Notes: a model not told the origin generated them from the sequence alone. A DNA stretch of 64,000 nt from Chloroflexota bacterium (GCA_027623195.1 JAQBUT010000010.1:26235-90234); one strand, 5' to 3'; positions 41,704-52,382 are shown, numbered from the stretch's first letter. Made by a program: numbers and translations.

Positions 41704-42636
41704 ATGAAGGGGAAGGACTTCTTATCTGTAGCTGACCTCTCTTCGGAAGAGGTGCTACAGATGGTGCAGAAGGCCATGGCTATGAAGGCCGAAGTTTCCG
41801 CACGTCCATTGGAGGGCAAGCAGTTCGCACTGCTCTTTGAGAAGCCGTCCCTACGAACCCGCGTTAGCTTCGAGGTAGGCATACGTCAGATGGGTGGCCA
41901 GTGCGTCTATCTGAGCAAGGACGACGTAGGCCTGGGTACTCGTGAGCCGGAGGAAGACATCGCCAGGGTACTGGACCGTTGGGTAGACGGCATAATAGCC
42001 AGGGTTTACTCGCACCGGAGCCTGGAGATTCTTTCCAAGCACACCTCGATTCCCGTCTTGAACGCGCTATCGGACATGGAGCACCCATGCCAGGCGATGG
42101 CCGACATGCTGACTATACAGGAGCACAAGGGCAGCTTTGATGGGCTACGAGTGGCCTTCATCGGAGATGGCAATAATGTCGCCTGCAGCCTTTCTTTAGC
42201 CTGCGCTTCGGTGGGCGCAGACTTCGTGCTTGCGTCGCCAAAGGATTACCAGATGCCGTCGCCGGTGTTGGAGGAGGCGAAACGCAGGGCCGCTGTCAAC
42301 GAATCGTCTGTGGACTGGGTTGAAACCCCTGCTGAAGCGGTAGAGGGCGCCGACGTGGTCTACACGGACACCTGGGTGAGCATGGGCCATGAAGCCGAGA
42401 AGGCTGAACGTCTGCCCATATTCAAGGACTATAAAGTGGACGAGAGCCTGGTTAAAGGGGCCAAGTCTGACTTTGTCTTTATGCACGATATGCCGGCGTA
42501 TCGTGGCCAGGAAGTATCGGATGGGATGATCGATCATCCCAGGTCCGTGGTGTTCGACCAGGCGGAGAACCGGCTCCACGCCCAGAAGGCAATATTGGCC
42601 GAACTTTTTTCTAACATTTCGAATATTTCGAAATAG
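41704..42636 (+). CDS. argF: Ornithine carbamoyltransferase
   Basis: PSLRTR, HPCQ, GDGNN, SMG, FMHDMPA, QAENR. Confidence 0.93.
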   Translation: MKGKDFLSVADLSSEEVLQMVQKAMAMKAEVSARPLEGKQFALLFEKPSLRTRVSFEVGIRQMGGQCVYLSKDDVGLGTREPEEDIARVLDRWVDGIIARVYSHRSLEILSKHTSIPVLNALSDMEHPCQAMADMLTIQEHKGSFDGLRVAFIGDGNNVACSLSLACASVGADFVLASPKDYQMPSPVLEEAKRRAAVNESSVDWVETPAEAVEGADVVYTDTWVSMGHEAEKAERLPIFKDYKVDESLVKGAKSDFVFMHDMPAYRGQEVSDGMIDHPRSVVFDQAENRLHAQKAILAELFSNISNISK

Positions 42637-42662
42637 ATGCAGACGGAGAGCGTAATTCACTG

Positions 42663-43991
42663 ATGGTATCGAGCATTAAGCCCCTGGTGGCAATTGTGGG
42701 ACGGCCCAACGTAGGCAAGTCCACGTTATTCAACCGACTAATAGGTCGACCTACGGCCATTGTATCGGACATTGCAGGCACGACCCGAGACCGCATAATG
42801 CTGGAAACGGAGTGGGGTGGATATCCCTTCATTCTGGTGGACACCGGCGGCCTGGACCTTTTCCCCGAAACCGACCTTTGGCGACAGGTCAAGGCTCAGA
42901 TTGACGTGGCCATCGATGAGGCGGATGTCATCATCATGCTGGTGGATTCCAACGCGGGCATAACGCCTGGCGACGTAGACGCTGCCGCTGCCCTGAGAAG
43001 AACTGATACGCCTATCGTATTGGCTGCCAACAAGGCTGATAACGATCGGAGGCAGGCAGATGCGGTGGAGTTCTACGAGCTTGGCATGGGCGATCCCATT
43101 CCCATAAGCGCGTACCACAACTACGGCATAGAAGACATGATGGCGGCGGTAATCGCGCACTTCCCGAAGGAGCCTATGTTTCCGGAGCCAGATTCCGACC
43201 TGAAGCTGGCCATCGTAGGCAGGCCAAACGTCGGGAAATCTCTGCTTCTTAATTCCATTACCGGCCAGCAGCGTGCCATCGTTAGCGATATTCCGGGTAC
43301 CACCCGGGATACGTTGGATACGCTGATCGTGCACAACGACTGGTCCACACTGCTGATCGACACTGCCGGCATACGTCGAAGAGGCAGCGTCGACCAGGGT
43401 ATCGAGCGATATAGCGTGCTGCGTTCTATGCGGGCTATTGATCGCGCGGATGTGGCCGTGCTCCTAATGGACGCGTCAGAACTTGCCAGTAGCCAGGATA
43501 CCCACATCGCCAAGTACATCTTGGACGAATTCAAGGGAATCATCCTTGCAGTTAACAAATGGGACCTTGCAAAAGAGCTCGATTTAACGTTGGAACAGGC
43601 CGAGAAGATGGTGAGGGACCGCTTCAGGTTTGTCACCTACGCGCCGATCTGTTTCGTCTCCGCGCTGGATGGCACCGGCATAAATGAGCTTCTGGGCACT
43701 GCGAAGGATGTATACGTCGAGTGGAGCAAGGGCGTGCCTCGATACGACCTGAAACGTCGTGTCATGAACGCCGTTGCCGAACACCCGCCAACCCAATCGG
43801 GACGCCATTCGTTGAAGATCTACGGCGTGACAATGGACAAGACCAGTCCGCCCAGCTTCACCTTCTACGTCAACAGCTCCGAGATGGTCCACTTTTCGTA
43901 CGCCAGGTATCTGGAGAACACCATCCGGAGTGCGTACGAGTTTAGAGGCAGTCCGTTGAGAATGCGCTTCAGGGGTAGGGGAGAGCGCTAA
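42663..43991 (+). CDS. der: Ribosome biogenesis GTPase Der
   Basis: Two GRPNVGKS/GTTRD G-domains plus a KH-like C-terminus. Confidence 0.96.
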   Translation: MVSSIKPLVAIVGRPNVGKSTLFNRLIGRPTAIVSDIAGTTRDRIMLETEWGGYPFILVDTGGLDLFPETDLWRQVKAQIDVAIDEADVIIMLVDSNAGITPGDVDAAAALRRTDTPIVLAANKADNDRRQADAVEFYELGMGDPIPISAYHNYGIEDMMAAVIAHFPKEPMFPEPDSDLKLAIVGRPNVGKSLLLNSITGQQRAIVSDIPGTTRDTLDTLIVHNDWSTLLIDTAGIRRRGSVDQGIERYSVLRSMRAIDRADVAVLLMDASELASSQDTHIAKYILDEFKGIILAVNKWDLAKELDLTLEQAEKMVRDRFRFVTYAPICFVSALDGTGINELLGTAKDVYVEWSKGVPRYDLKRRVMNAVAEHPPTQSGRHSLKIYGVTMDKTSPPSFTFYVNSSEMVHFSYARYLENTIRSAYEFRGSPLRMRFRGRGER

Positions 43992-44662
43992 TGGCCTATC
44001 TGGTCATGATCCCAATCGGATACTTGTTGGGATCGATACCCTTTGGCCTGATAATAGGCTGGATTTCCAAGCGGGTCGACGTTCGCGACTACGGCAGCGG
44101 CAAGACGGGCATGACCAACGTGTTGCGTACTGTGGGAGTTAAGGCGGCGGCGCTTTCTCTAGTGCTGGATATGGGCAAATCCATATCCGCGGTGGCGCTC
44201 ACCCGATTGTTCTTCGATGAACCAGCGGCGGAGGTGGCAGCAGCAGTGGCTGCCCTTATTGGTCACAACTGGCCAGTATACGTGGGCTTCCGAGGCGGTA
44301 GAGGCACTGCCGCAGGTCTTGGTGGTTTGCTCATACTGTCGCCCTGGGCGGGTCTTCTGGCGGCGCTTGTCGGCATTATTACAATCGCCACAACCCGTTG
44401 GGTCTCACTGGGGTCCATTCTGGGCACCATAGCTGGGGTTACGGCCTTGGCCGTGCTGGTCGTGATTGGTCTCGCGCCCTTCGATTACGTCTGGTATAGC
44501 GTATTCGGCGGCCTTATAGTTGTGGTACGCCACTGGGACAACATCATACGGCTGGTGAAGGGCGAAGAACGCAAGATCGGCCAGAAAGTGGACTCTCAGC
44601 TTGATGAGCCAGTGAACGGTAAAGAAGGACGCAAAGGCTTTCGATGGCCAAAGTCGGCGTAG
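43991..44662 (+). CDS. plsY: Glycerol-3-phosphate acyltransferase
   Basis: GYLLGSIP, GSG..G.TN, GH.WP..FRGGRG, RH..NI. Confidence 0.93.
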   Translation: MAYLVMIPIGYLLGSIPFGLIIGWISKRVDVRDYGSGKTGMTNVLRTVGVKAAALSLVLDMGKSISAVALTRLFFDEPAAEVAAAVAALIGHNWPVYVGFRGGRGTAAGLGGLLILSPWAGLLAALVGIITIATTRWVSLGSILGTIAGVTALAVLVVIGLAPFDYVWYSVFGGLIVVVRHWDNIIRLVKGEERKIGQKVDSQLDEPVNGKEGRKGFRWPKSA

Positions 44663-45645
44663 TCGGTACCACTAGCTGGGGCACGACTCTGGCTACCCTG
44701 CTGGCCGAGGGCGACAACTCGGTGATGCTTTGGACCCGTACGCCCGAAGAGGCGGATGTCCTTAGGGAAGACGGCGAGAACAAGCGATTCCTTCCAGGCG
44801 TTAAATTCCCACCGAACCTCATCGTTACCTACTTATCAGAAGAAGCATTCTCTCAGGCAGATCTGGTTCTGATCGCAGTGCCTTCCAGTACCTTCAGGGA
44901 CAACATACGGCGTGTCGCGTCAGCTTTCGATAAAGATGCTCTGGTCGTCAGCGCTACCAAGGGACTGGAGATATCCACCGGTCTGCGGATGAGTCAGGTG
45001 CTCGTTGAGGAGCTACCCCGCGACATGAGGGTTAACATTTGTGTGCTATCTGGGCCAAATCTCGCCGGGGAAATAGTGCAAGGAAAGCCGTCGTCTACTG
45101 TCATTGCGTCGCAGAATCCAGACGCCGCAATGAAAGCTCAGGAGATTATTAACTCCCCACCTAAACTGCGCGTTTATACGAACGACGATATAGTGGGCGT
45201 AGAGTTTGGCGGGGCGCTTAAGAACATCATCGCGCTGGGTGCAGGCATTTGCGACGGTAAGGGGCTTGGGGACAATGCCAAAGCAGCCTTCATGACGCGT
45301 GGTCTCGCGGAGACAGGTCGTCTTGCCGCTGCCGCTGGCGCAAACCCCCTGACGCTGGCTGGATTGGCAGGCCTGGGAGACTTGGTGGCCACATGCTCCA
45401 GCCGCCTCAGCAGGAATCATCAGTTAGGCGAGCAGTTAGCTCAGGGCAAGTCCTTGGCTGAGATTCGCAAGTCCATGGTCAACGTCGCGGAGGGCGTGAA
45501 CACTACTGCCGCCGCAATGGCGCTGTCCAGGCAGCTTGGGGTAGAGATGCCTATAACTCAGGCTATGTACAGCGTGCTGTTCGAGGGTGTGCCGATAGAG
45601 GTTGCTATCACCAATCTTATGGAACGCTCCCCCAGACCCGAATAG
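44644..45645 (+). CDS. gpsA: NAD(P)H-dependent glycerol-3-phosphate dehydrogenase
   Basis: SWGT, TKG, SGPN, GALKN, GLGDL..TC...SRN. Confidence 0.95.
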   Translation: MAKVGVVGTTSWGTTLATLLAEGDNSVMLWTRTPEEADVLREDGENKRFLPGVKFPPNLIVTYLSEEAFSQADLVLIAVPSSTFRDNIRRVASAFDKDALVVSATKGLEISTGLRMSQVLVEELPRDMRVNICVLSGPNLAGEIVQGKPSSTVIASQNPDAAMKAQEIINSPPKLRVYTNDDIVGVEFGGALKNIIALGAGICDGKGLGDNAKAAFMTRGLAETGRLAAAAGANPLTLAGLAGLGDLVATCSSRLSRNHQLGEQLAQGKSLAEIRKSMVNVAEGVNTTAAAMALSRQLGVEMPITQAMYSVLFEGVPIEVAITNLMERSPRPE

Positions 45646-45654
45646 GCCAGGCAT

Positions 45655-46323
45655 ATGGCCGAGATACCCGCAATATTTCTTACCTCCTTCGCCGTAGGCT
45701 TCTCCGGGGCCATCATGCCGGGTCCACTTCTGGTACTGAGCATCCGACAATCGATCACACAGGGATTCATCGCCGGGCCGCTGGTTTCCTTGGGCCACGC
45801 CGTATTGGAGTTGCTAGTGGTGATTGGGCTGGCAGTAGGCTTGGCCCAGTTCCTGGAGCGTAGCCTGTTTAGTTTCGCCATCTCGTTAGTCGGTGGTCTG
45901 TTTCTCTTGTGGATGGGTTACGGCATGGTGCGACGTCCAGCGTCATACGTACTGCCCAAGGGCGACGATACCATATTGCGGGCAACGCCCTCTTTGGGAT
46001 ACGCCAAGTCGGTGTTAGGCGGTGCGCTGGTAAGCCTGTCTAACCCGTACTGGAGCCTGTGGTGGATCACCATCGGCCTGGGTTACATAGTATGGGCCTC
46101 GGGTTCAGGCGTGGCAGGCGTGGCCTCATTTTATACGGGACACATCATGTCGGACTTCGTCTGGTACACGTTTGTGGCTACGGCGGTGGCCTCCGGCAGG
46201 CGCATAATGAAAGGACGGGTGTACCAGTGGCTTAACGGCGTCTGCGGAGTGTTTCTTCTAGGGCTGGCCCTGTTCTTCATCTACTCTAGTTATGGGTTCT
46301 TGCAGGTCTTCTTGGCTGGTTAG
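45655..46323 (+). CDS. LysE family transporter
   Basis: GFSGAIMPGP, GH...E, SNPYW. Confidence 0.85.
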   Translation: MAEIPAIFLTSFAVGFSGAIMPGPLLVLSIRQSITQGFIAGPLVSLGHAVLELLVVIGLAVGLAQFLERSLFSFAISLVGGLFLLWMGYGMVRRPASYVLPKGDDTILRATPSLGYAKSVLGGALVSLSNPYWSLWWITIGLGYIVWASGSGVAGVASFYTGHIMSDFVWYTFVATAVASGRRIMKGRVYQWLNGVCGVFLLGLALFFIYSSYGFLQVFLAG

Positions 46324-46418
46324 GCAATCGACTTTCGGCCCAGCAATGTTGTTGTGAGGGCCAATGGCCTTCCATAAGTGTCCAGTCTAACGACATGTAC
46401 CTCGGGTTGCACCCTTCC

Positions 46419-47159
46419 CTAGCCGCCAAGCTCGCCCATCTCGTACAGGACCGCCGCTGCCGCTACCACGCCTGCCGTTTCCGCCCGGAGGATGCGTTTG
46501 CCCAGCGTAACGGGAGTTATACCACGCTCTCTCGCCAGCTCAACCTCGTCGCTGGTGAAGCCGCCCTCAGGGCCAATGAAGATGTTCGCTGACGATATAG
46601 GCTGGCCTGAAGTCCAGCTCTTGAGAGCGGACTTCAGGCCAGATGTGGTCTCCTCTTCCCAGGGGATCAGTGACGGTCCATCAGCCTGGGCGCAGGCAAC
46701 TTCGAAGTCTATCGCCTCATGCAAGACAGGTATGCGTCCTCTGCGGGACTGCTCGGCCGCCTCGGTGATGATCTTCCGCCAACGCTGATACCGGGCAGGC
46801 GTGGGACGGTTCTGGGACACCGTGCGTTGGCAGTCGATAGGCACAAAGGTCGTGATGCCTACCTCGGTGCCCTTTTGAAGCATGAACTCGAAGCGGTCGG
46901 CCTTGAGGATGCCCTGGTAAAGGGTGATGGCAATCGACGGCTCGCCTTCGCTGGGAGATTTTTGGAGAATGCTTCCGGAGGCCTGATTCTTGTCAACGGC
47001 GTCTAATTTGAGGACGTACTCCATGCCGGTGCCGTCGAGCACGATAATCTCGTCGCCAACTCTGGAGCGTAGGACGCGGCTTAGTTGACTTGCGACGTGC
47101 TCAGGCAGTGCCACAGTCTCGCCTACGATGCTTTCAGATGGTACGAAGAAGCGGTGCAT
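46419..47159 (-). CDS. rsmE: 16S rRNA m3U1498 methyltransferase
   Basis: QKGTEVG, EAAEQS.R, IGPEGG, LGKRILRAETA. Confidence 0.95.
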   Translation of the reverse strand: MHRFFVPSESIVGETVALPEHVASQLSRVLRSRVGDEIIVLDGTGMEYVLKLDAVDKNQASGSILQKSPSEGEPSIAITLYQGILKADRFEFMLQKGTEVGITTFVPIDCQRTVSQNRPTPARYQRWRKIITEAAEQSRRGRIPVLHEAIDFEVACAQADGPSLIPWEEETTSGLKSALKSWTSGQPISSANIFIGPEGGFTSDEVELARERGITPVTLGKRILRAETAGVVAAAAVLYEMGELGG

Positions 47160-47163
47160 AGGC

Positions 47164-48066
47164 TCAGGTAAGGGCGCAGACCAGCGTCACCCAATCGCCG
47201 TCGACCAGAGTGCTTTCCAGTGTGGCTCCAGCGGCAGTCAGCGCATCGATTGGTCCCTGCTTGTTCTCATCCAGTATGCCCGACGCAATAATCCTCCCAC
47301 CTGGTTTGGTAGCCCGGACCAGTTCGCTGGCAATCTCAATCACGATTTTCGCCGATATGTTGGCGATGGCAATATCGTACGCATCGGCCATGACGTCGGC
47401 ATGAGGCAGGCTGCCCTGTACCGGGCGAACGGTGTGTTCCAGGTTGTTGTCTCGTATATTCTGCTTGGCGACATTGACGGCAACGGAGTCGATTTCAATA
47501 CCGAAGACGTGTCGCGCGCCCAGCTTGGCCGCCGCTATGGAGAGGATGCTGGAGCCGCAACCCACGTCGATAACGTCCATACCTGGCTTTACCAGTTCGT
47601 CCAACTGTTCGAGACACATCCTGGTGGTAGGGTGGTGGCCGGTACCAAAGGCCATGCCGGGGTCCAGCGTTATCACGGCCTCGTGGGGCTTCGGTGAATA
47701 CTCTTTCCAACTGGGGGCCACGACGAGACGATTGGTGATGTGCAGCACGTCGAAGTGTTCCTTCCAGGCGTCCTGCCACTCCTCCTCCTCAATCTCGCGC
47801 TCCTGCAGCCCTTCGATAGGCGAAACGTGCGCTACCAGACGCACGCCCACATCGATATTGTTTCGTCGCTCGTTGGTGGAGCTGTTGATGGGCAGATATG
47901 TGGTTACGGTGACCCACTGGTCCGGCGACAGGGTTTCGCCCTCGTCTGGGTTGTAGCCGCCGCTTTGCTCCACCGCCACGCCTCCGTGGCCGTATCGATA
48001 GAAAATCTGGGACAGGGGCTCCACGAACTCTTGCGGGGTGCTGACGCTAAGCTGCAACCACTTCAA
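47164..48066 (-). CDS. prmA: Ribosomal protein L11 methyltransferase
   Basis: LDPGMAFGTGHHPTT, DVGCGS, ANI. Confidence 0.95.
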   Translation of the reverse strand: MKWLQLSVSTPQEFVEPLSQIFYRYGHGGVAVEQSGGYNPDEGETLSPDQWVTVTTYLPINSSTNERRNNIDVGVRLVAHVSPIEGLQEREIEEEEWQDAWKEHFDVLHITNRLVVAPSWKEYSPKPHEAVITLDPGMAFGTGHHPTTRMCLEQLDELVKPGMDVIDVGCGSSILSIAAAKLGARHVFGIEIDSVAVNVAKQNIRDNNLEHTVRPVQGSLPHADVMADAYDIAIANISAKIVIEIASELVRATKPGGRIIASGILDENKQGPIDALTAAGATLESTLVDGDWVTLVCALT

Positions 48067-48089
48067 ATCTATTTGGCCTCAACTGGTTC

Positions 48090-48127
48090 AAAAAATATGG
48101 GCGATCCGCCGAAACGGGTCGCCCATA
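48090..48127 (-). terminator. Terminator-like hairpin between dnaJ and prmA
   Basis: tatgggcga..tcgcccata stem followed by a T-run on the minus strand. Confidence 0.65.
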
Positions 48128-48167
48128 AAGAATACCACTTATTGCCAAGATTGAATGGATAGCCTGT

Positions 48168-49298
48168 CTATTCGCTGACGAAGGCATCCTTGATCTTGGT
48201 AAAAATGCTTTTGTCCGGCGGGTGGTCTGCTTTGGTTTCGTCTCCGAAGCTTTCCGCCAGTTTTTGGAACAGCGCCTTCTGCTCCTCTGTTAGTTCCATG
48301 GGAGTGTTGACGAAAACGTTCACTATCTGGTCGCCGCGACGCTTGCTGCGAAGGTAGGGTACGCCTTTGGCCTTTAGCCGGAATGACTGGCCCGACTGCG
48401 TGCCGATGGGAATTTCCATCTCGGCCTCGCCTTTAAGCGTGGGGATGGTTACGGTAGCGCCCAAGGCTGCCTGGGCGATATTTAGCGGCAGGGTGTAGAC
48501 GATATCGTTGCCCTCGCGCCTGAAAATCTTGTGTGGCTTGATGCGCACAACAACGTAAAGGTCGCCGGGCGGGCCACCATTGACGCCTTGTTCGCCCTCG
48601 CCACGCAGACGTACCTGGGTGCCTTCTTCTATGCCGCCTGGGATGGATACTTCCATCTTGCGGTTGCGCCTCTCGCGACCGGAGCCTCGGCACGAGGTGC
48701 AGGGATCGGTGATGATGCTTCCTTCACCGTGGCATACGTTACAGGCCACTACCTGAACGAACTGTCCGAAAACGCTCTGGTGCGCCCTTCTGACCTCGCC
48801 GGCGCCGGCGCAGTTGGAGCAGGTTGCGGGTGTGGACCCGCCTTGGCTCCTGCTGCCATTGCAGCTACTGCAAGTCTCAGTGCGCTCCAACTCTAGCTCA
48901 TGCTCAACACCGAAGACTGCCTCTTCGAAATCTATGGTCATGGAGTACTGGAGATCGGACCCGCGTCGGGCTGAGTTGGGACGGCCCCTGGTGGAGCCCC
49001 CGAAGAAGGCCTCGAAGATGTCGCCGAAGCCGCCGAAATTTTCGTATCCTTCAAAGTCCCTGCCGTTGCCTGTGACCCCGGCATGGCCAAACCTGTCGTA
49101 GACGCCGCGTTTCTCGGAGTCTGACAAGACCTGGTAGGCCTCGTTAATCTCTTTAAACTTCTCTTCGGCACCCTCCCGCTTGTTGCGGTCTGGATGAAAC
49201 TCCATAGCCAGCTTGCGGAAGGCCTTCTTGACGTCTTCGTCCGAGGCACCTTTGGCGACGCCTAGGACATCGTAGTAGTCTCTTTTACTTGTTGTCAT
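48168..49298 (-). CDS. dnaJ: Chaperone DnaJ
   Basis: J-domain HPD, G/F region, four CxxCxG repeats. Confidence 0.96.
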   Translation of the reverse strand: MTTSKRDYYDVLGVAKGASDEDVKKAFRKLAMEFHPDRNKREGAEEKFKEINEAYQVLSDSEKRGVYDRFGHAGVTGNGRDFEGYENFGGFGDIFEAFFGGSTRGRPNSARRGSDLQYSMTIDFEEAVFGVEHELELERTETCSSCNGSRSQGGSTPATCSNCAGAGEVRRAHQSVFGQFVQVVACNVCHGEGSIITDPCTSCRGSGRERRNRKMEVSIPGGIEEGTQVRLRGEGEQGVNGGPPGDLYVVVRIKPHKIFRREGNDIVYTLPLNIAQAALGATVTIPTLKGEAEMEIPIGTQSGQSFRLKAKGVPYLRSKRRGDQIVNVFVNTPMELTEEQKALFQKLAESFGDETKADHPPDKSIFTKIKDAFVSE

Positions 49299-49405
49299 AT
49301 GTCGTTTATTCTTCGTATCTGGTGGCCAATTCAAGGTGGTGGAGGTGGTACCGTCCGCGCCAGCAGGCAGTCCACCTGAGTTTTAACTACGGCACACCAT
49401 CATTA

Positions 49406-49435
49406 ATTATATGGTACCTCTCGACAAGTTAACAA
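49406..49435 (-). promoter_or_regulatory. Putative dnaJ promoter
   Basis: TTGTTA-18-TATAAT on the minus strand. Confidence 0.45.
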
Positions 49436-49564
49436 GCCGCTTGGCAGTTGGAATGTAGTACATATTTTTATCAATAGACTAACCAACACGGACGGCTTTT
49501 TTAGCCGCGGGGTCCTCCGTCCCAGATTATCACGTCTGCTTTTGGACGACCTCGGTACTCGCCT

Positions 49565-51058
49565 CTATTCTTGGCTTTGTGCAAGCATATCCAGAACGCC
49601 GAGGCCCAAAACCATTTGTCTGCCCATAATGTCCGGGTTCACGAACTCGAGAGTGTCTCTGGTGGAGTTAATCCGTGAGAGGTCGTCGCCGAATAGAAAT
49701 AGGGCCGGAATTTCAGCTGCTTGGAAAGACGCGTGGTCGCTGCCGCCGCCGCCCAATCCGGGACTCGTTTTGATGAACAACCCGTTGGCGTTGGAGTACT
49801 TTACTGCCATCTCCACGAGAGATAAGTCGCCCAGCATGGCGGCCTCACCTGTACCCGTCGAGTCGAAATTCAGCATGGCGATGATTTCGGAACGCTCCGC
49901 CTCGGTCAGGTTGTCCACGTAGTGCATGCTGCCGTAGAGGCCTATCTCCTCCACGCCGAAGAAAACGAACCGTATTCTGAATGGGAACTCTTTGTCTTGC
50001 AACTCCTTTGCCATGAGTACCAGGGAAGTTACTCCTGTGCTATTGTCGTTAGCGGCCTGCGTGTCGGGCACGGTGTCGTAGTGCGCCCCAATTATCACCA
50101 CACCTTCGCCTCCTCCGCCCGGTCGTTCGGCTATGACGTTCTGACTGGTACGGGTTTCTATCTCGACGAATACGCTGGCTATTATCTCGTCGCCAATTTG
50201 CAGAAAATCCAGGGCTTCCTGCAGGTCAAGTCCGTCCTCCCGCGTGATGGCCACCACTGGGATAGGGCCTGTATCCGTTAGAATGCCGCCGAATCCCCCG
50301 GGAACGTTATTGAATACGATAGCGCCGATTGCCCCTGCCTCGGCCGCCCGCGTAACCTTCTCCTGGAAGGTTATCTGGCCCCGTTCGATAAGGGCCACAG
50401 AGCCTGCAAGGCCGGTCTCGGGTATGTCCTCTTGGAACGCCTTTTTGACGAATATCACCGGGCCTGCGACGTTTCCTTCCCCGGAGTTGGACATGGGAAG
50501 TGCGCGGACTTCGCGTTGCTCAAGCATTACCCCAGGCGTGACCAGAGTAAGGGCGGGAATGGCTCTTGAGAACTGCTGAACGGTCAACTCTTGCAGGTCG
50601 GCCTGGTAGCCAAGCTCGGTCATCTCATCTCTTAGGAAATTTGCTGCGGCACGTTCTTCGTCGGTGCCGCTTTCTCTGGGACTGTACCCCTCTAGAAAGG
50701 CGACAAGGTATTCCATGCCTTCTTCGGATAGGCGCTTTGCCAACTCTCGGGCTTCACTGGAGAGAGCAAGCGGCGTAGATTCCGGAGTGCGAGTTGCGGG
50801 TGTGGGCTCGGCTCTGGCTAAGGCTGTCGGTAATACCAGGAGTGACGTGGGGATTGGAGATGGCTCGGCCGTCGCCGTGGGAATTGCAGTAGCCGTTAAC
50901 GTCGGCACCACTGCCTGTTGGGCCGCTGCTGACGGTACGACTGCCAGTGTAGCGGGCACAGCCCCCGTTCCGCAGGCAACCAGCACAAACGCCATTGCTG
51001 AGAGGGTTGCGGATGTCAGCCATCCATATTTGCGTGGAAGAAAGGCAATTTTAGCGAT
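49565..51058 (-). CDS. M28 family peptidase with PA domain, putative lipoprotein
   Basis: Lipobox LVAC, P/T/A-rich linker, ALIERG PA domain, GAHYD, DNSTG, EE, SDH; start uncertain (proposed ATC 51058). Confidence 0.8.
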   Translation of the reverse strand: MAKIAFLPRKYGWLTSATLSAMAFVLVACGTGAVPATLAVVPSAAAQQAVVPTLTATAIPTATAEPSPIPTSLLVLPTALARAEPTPATRTPESTPLALSSEARELAKRLSEEGMEYLVAFLEGYSPRESGTDEERAAANFLRDEMTELGYQADLQELTVQQFSRAIPALTLVTPGVMLEQREVRALPMSNSGEGNVAGPVIFVKKAFQEDIPETGLAGSVALIERGQITFQEKVTRAAEAGAIGAIVFNNVPGGFGGILTDTGPIPVVAITREDGLDLQEALDFLQIGDEIIASVFVEIETRTSQNVIAERPGGGGEGVVIIGAHYDTVPDTQAANDNSTGVTSLVLMAKELQDKEFPFRIRFVFFGVEEIGLYGSMHYVDNLTEAERSEIIAMLNFDSTGTGEAAMLGDLSLVEMAVKYSNANGLFIKTSPGLGGGGSDHASFQAAEIPALFLFGDDLSRINSTRDTLEFVNPDIMGRQMVLGLGVLDMLAQSQE

Positions 51059-51281
51059 AGTCGAACTCTCCTGGTTACGATTTCGTTGCGGACCTACGCA
51101 TGGAGGCCGCACTGCATATGTGTTCGATGTTGACGGGCGCGACAAGGTGCTACCGTCTTTATAACGTCGCGAGTTGTGCCAGGGATGCCCATTAGGGTGT
51201 GCGAGAAGGGTTCCACCATAACCAAAGTGCAATCAAGTGCAAGCCCTGGTTGATTCACCATCCGCACCACCCAAAGAAACC

Positions 51282-52298
51282 CTATCCGCGCGTGCTGGAA
51301 GATAGAGAAATCTCCACGATGAGCATGTCTAGCGCCATTTGTTCGTCTGCGGTCCCGGTTTTGATGGCCAGGTCGGCTTCCAGAAGCTTTCGATGGATCA
51401 GCTTGAGGCGTTCCATTGAGAATAGGCCTTCCTGTTCCAGCGTTTTTGTTAGGGGGAATCCAGACAATGACATTCGAGAACCCATTTCCTGCGGGGGAAC
51501 TCGCTGCGCCTTCAGGTCCTTGGCCAGCAGTAGTAGGCGGACCTGCCTTGCGATCATGGTAATGACGTAAACGGCGGGGCGTCCTGCTGCTGTGATCTGC
51601 TGAATCATGCGAAGGGCCACGCCGGCGCGGCCTTCCATTACCGCGTCAACGGCGGCGAATATGCTGGCCTCTCTGGCGTAGGAAACTAGCTCGTTGACAT
51701 CGTCATGCGTGATCGTCCCGCCGGAACGATAAAGCGCCAGCTTCCGCAGCTCCGAGTCAAGCACCCTTGTGTCGCTACCTATAGTCTCCGCCAGCGTGGT
51801 GATGGCCCTGGGATCTATGGATACGCCTAATTTTTGGGCTAGGCCCCTGATCCAATTCGGCATGTCCCGTGCGGAGGGTAGAGGGAAAGTCTGCACCTTG
51901 GCGAAGGGCTTGATGTGGGCCAAAAATGGGTTTCTGCCCGACACCTTGCCGTCCACGAATATGAGTTCGGTGGTCTCCGGCACTGTGGGCAGGTATTCCT
52001 TTACGCCCGCCCACGGGCCTAGCCTGTTTTCGCCCTGCTGAGCGCGGGGTTGGCTGCGCCCGCCGCCGAAACCTCTCGCCTCGAACTTGGACAGCAGGCC
52101 GCGCAAAATCACGACACGCTTGTCGGCCAGGAAAGGGACGGTACTGCATGTGGCGGCGAACTCGTCGAAGCCAACGTTAGTGCCGTCCAGCGTCGTGACG
52201 TTTATGTCCTGTAGCTCTTCAGGACCTGCGTCGGCCCTGAGCAGCGCCAACGCCTCTTCCAATGAGAGCCCGTCTTCCCCGTAAAGAAGGTGTATCAA
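51282..52298 (-). CDS. holA: DNA polymerase III subunit delta
   Basis: LLYGED, PFLADKRVV, ELRKLALY, D..IKTG. Confidence 0.88.
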   Translation of the reverse strand: MIHLLYGEDGLSLEEALALLRADAGPEELQDINVTTLDGTNVGFDEFAATCSTVPFLADKRVVILRGLLSKFEARGFGGGRSQPRAQQGENRLGPWAGVKEYLPTVPETTELIFVDGKVSGRNPFLAHIKPFAKVQTFPLPSARDMPNWIRGLAQKLGVSIDPRAITTLAETIGSDTRVLDSELRKLALYRSGGTITHDDVNELVSYAREASIFAAVDAVMEGRAGVALRMIQQITAAGRPAVYVITMIARQVRLLLLAKDLKAQRVPPQEMGSRMSLSGFPLTKTLEQEGLFSMERLKLIHRKLLEADLAIKTGTADEQMALDMLIVEISLSSSTRG

Positions 52299-52382
52299 GC
52301 CTTACGTTTCCTCACCTTGGCTTAGCTTGTACGCCGTTGGTGCGCAAAAGCTATAATGGACTGAGAAGGGAGAAGGTGCCAC

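Noticed and set aside
49299..49560. CIRCE operator before dnaJ
   Set aside because: No TTAGCACTC-N9-GAGTGCTAA match found
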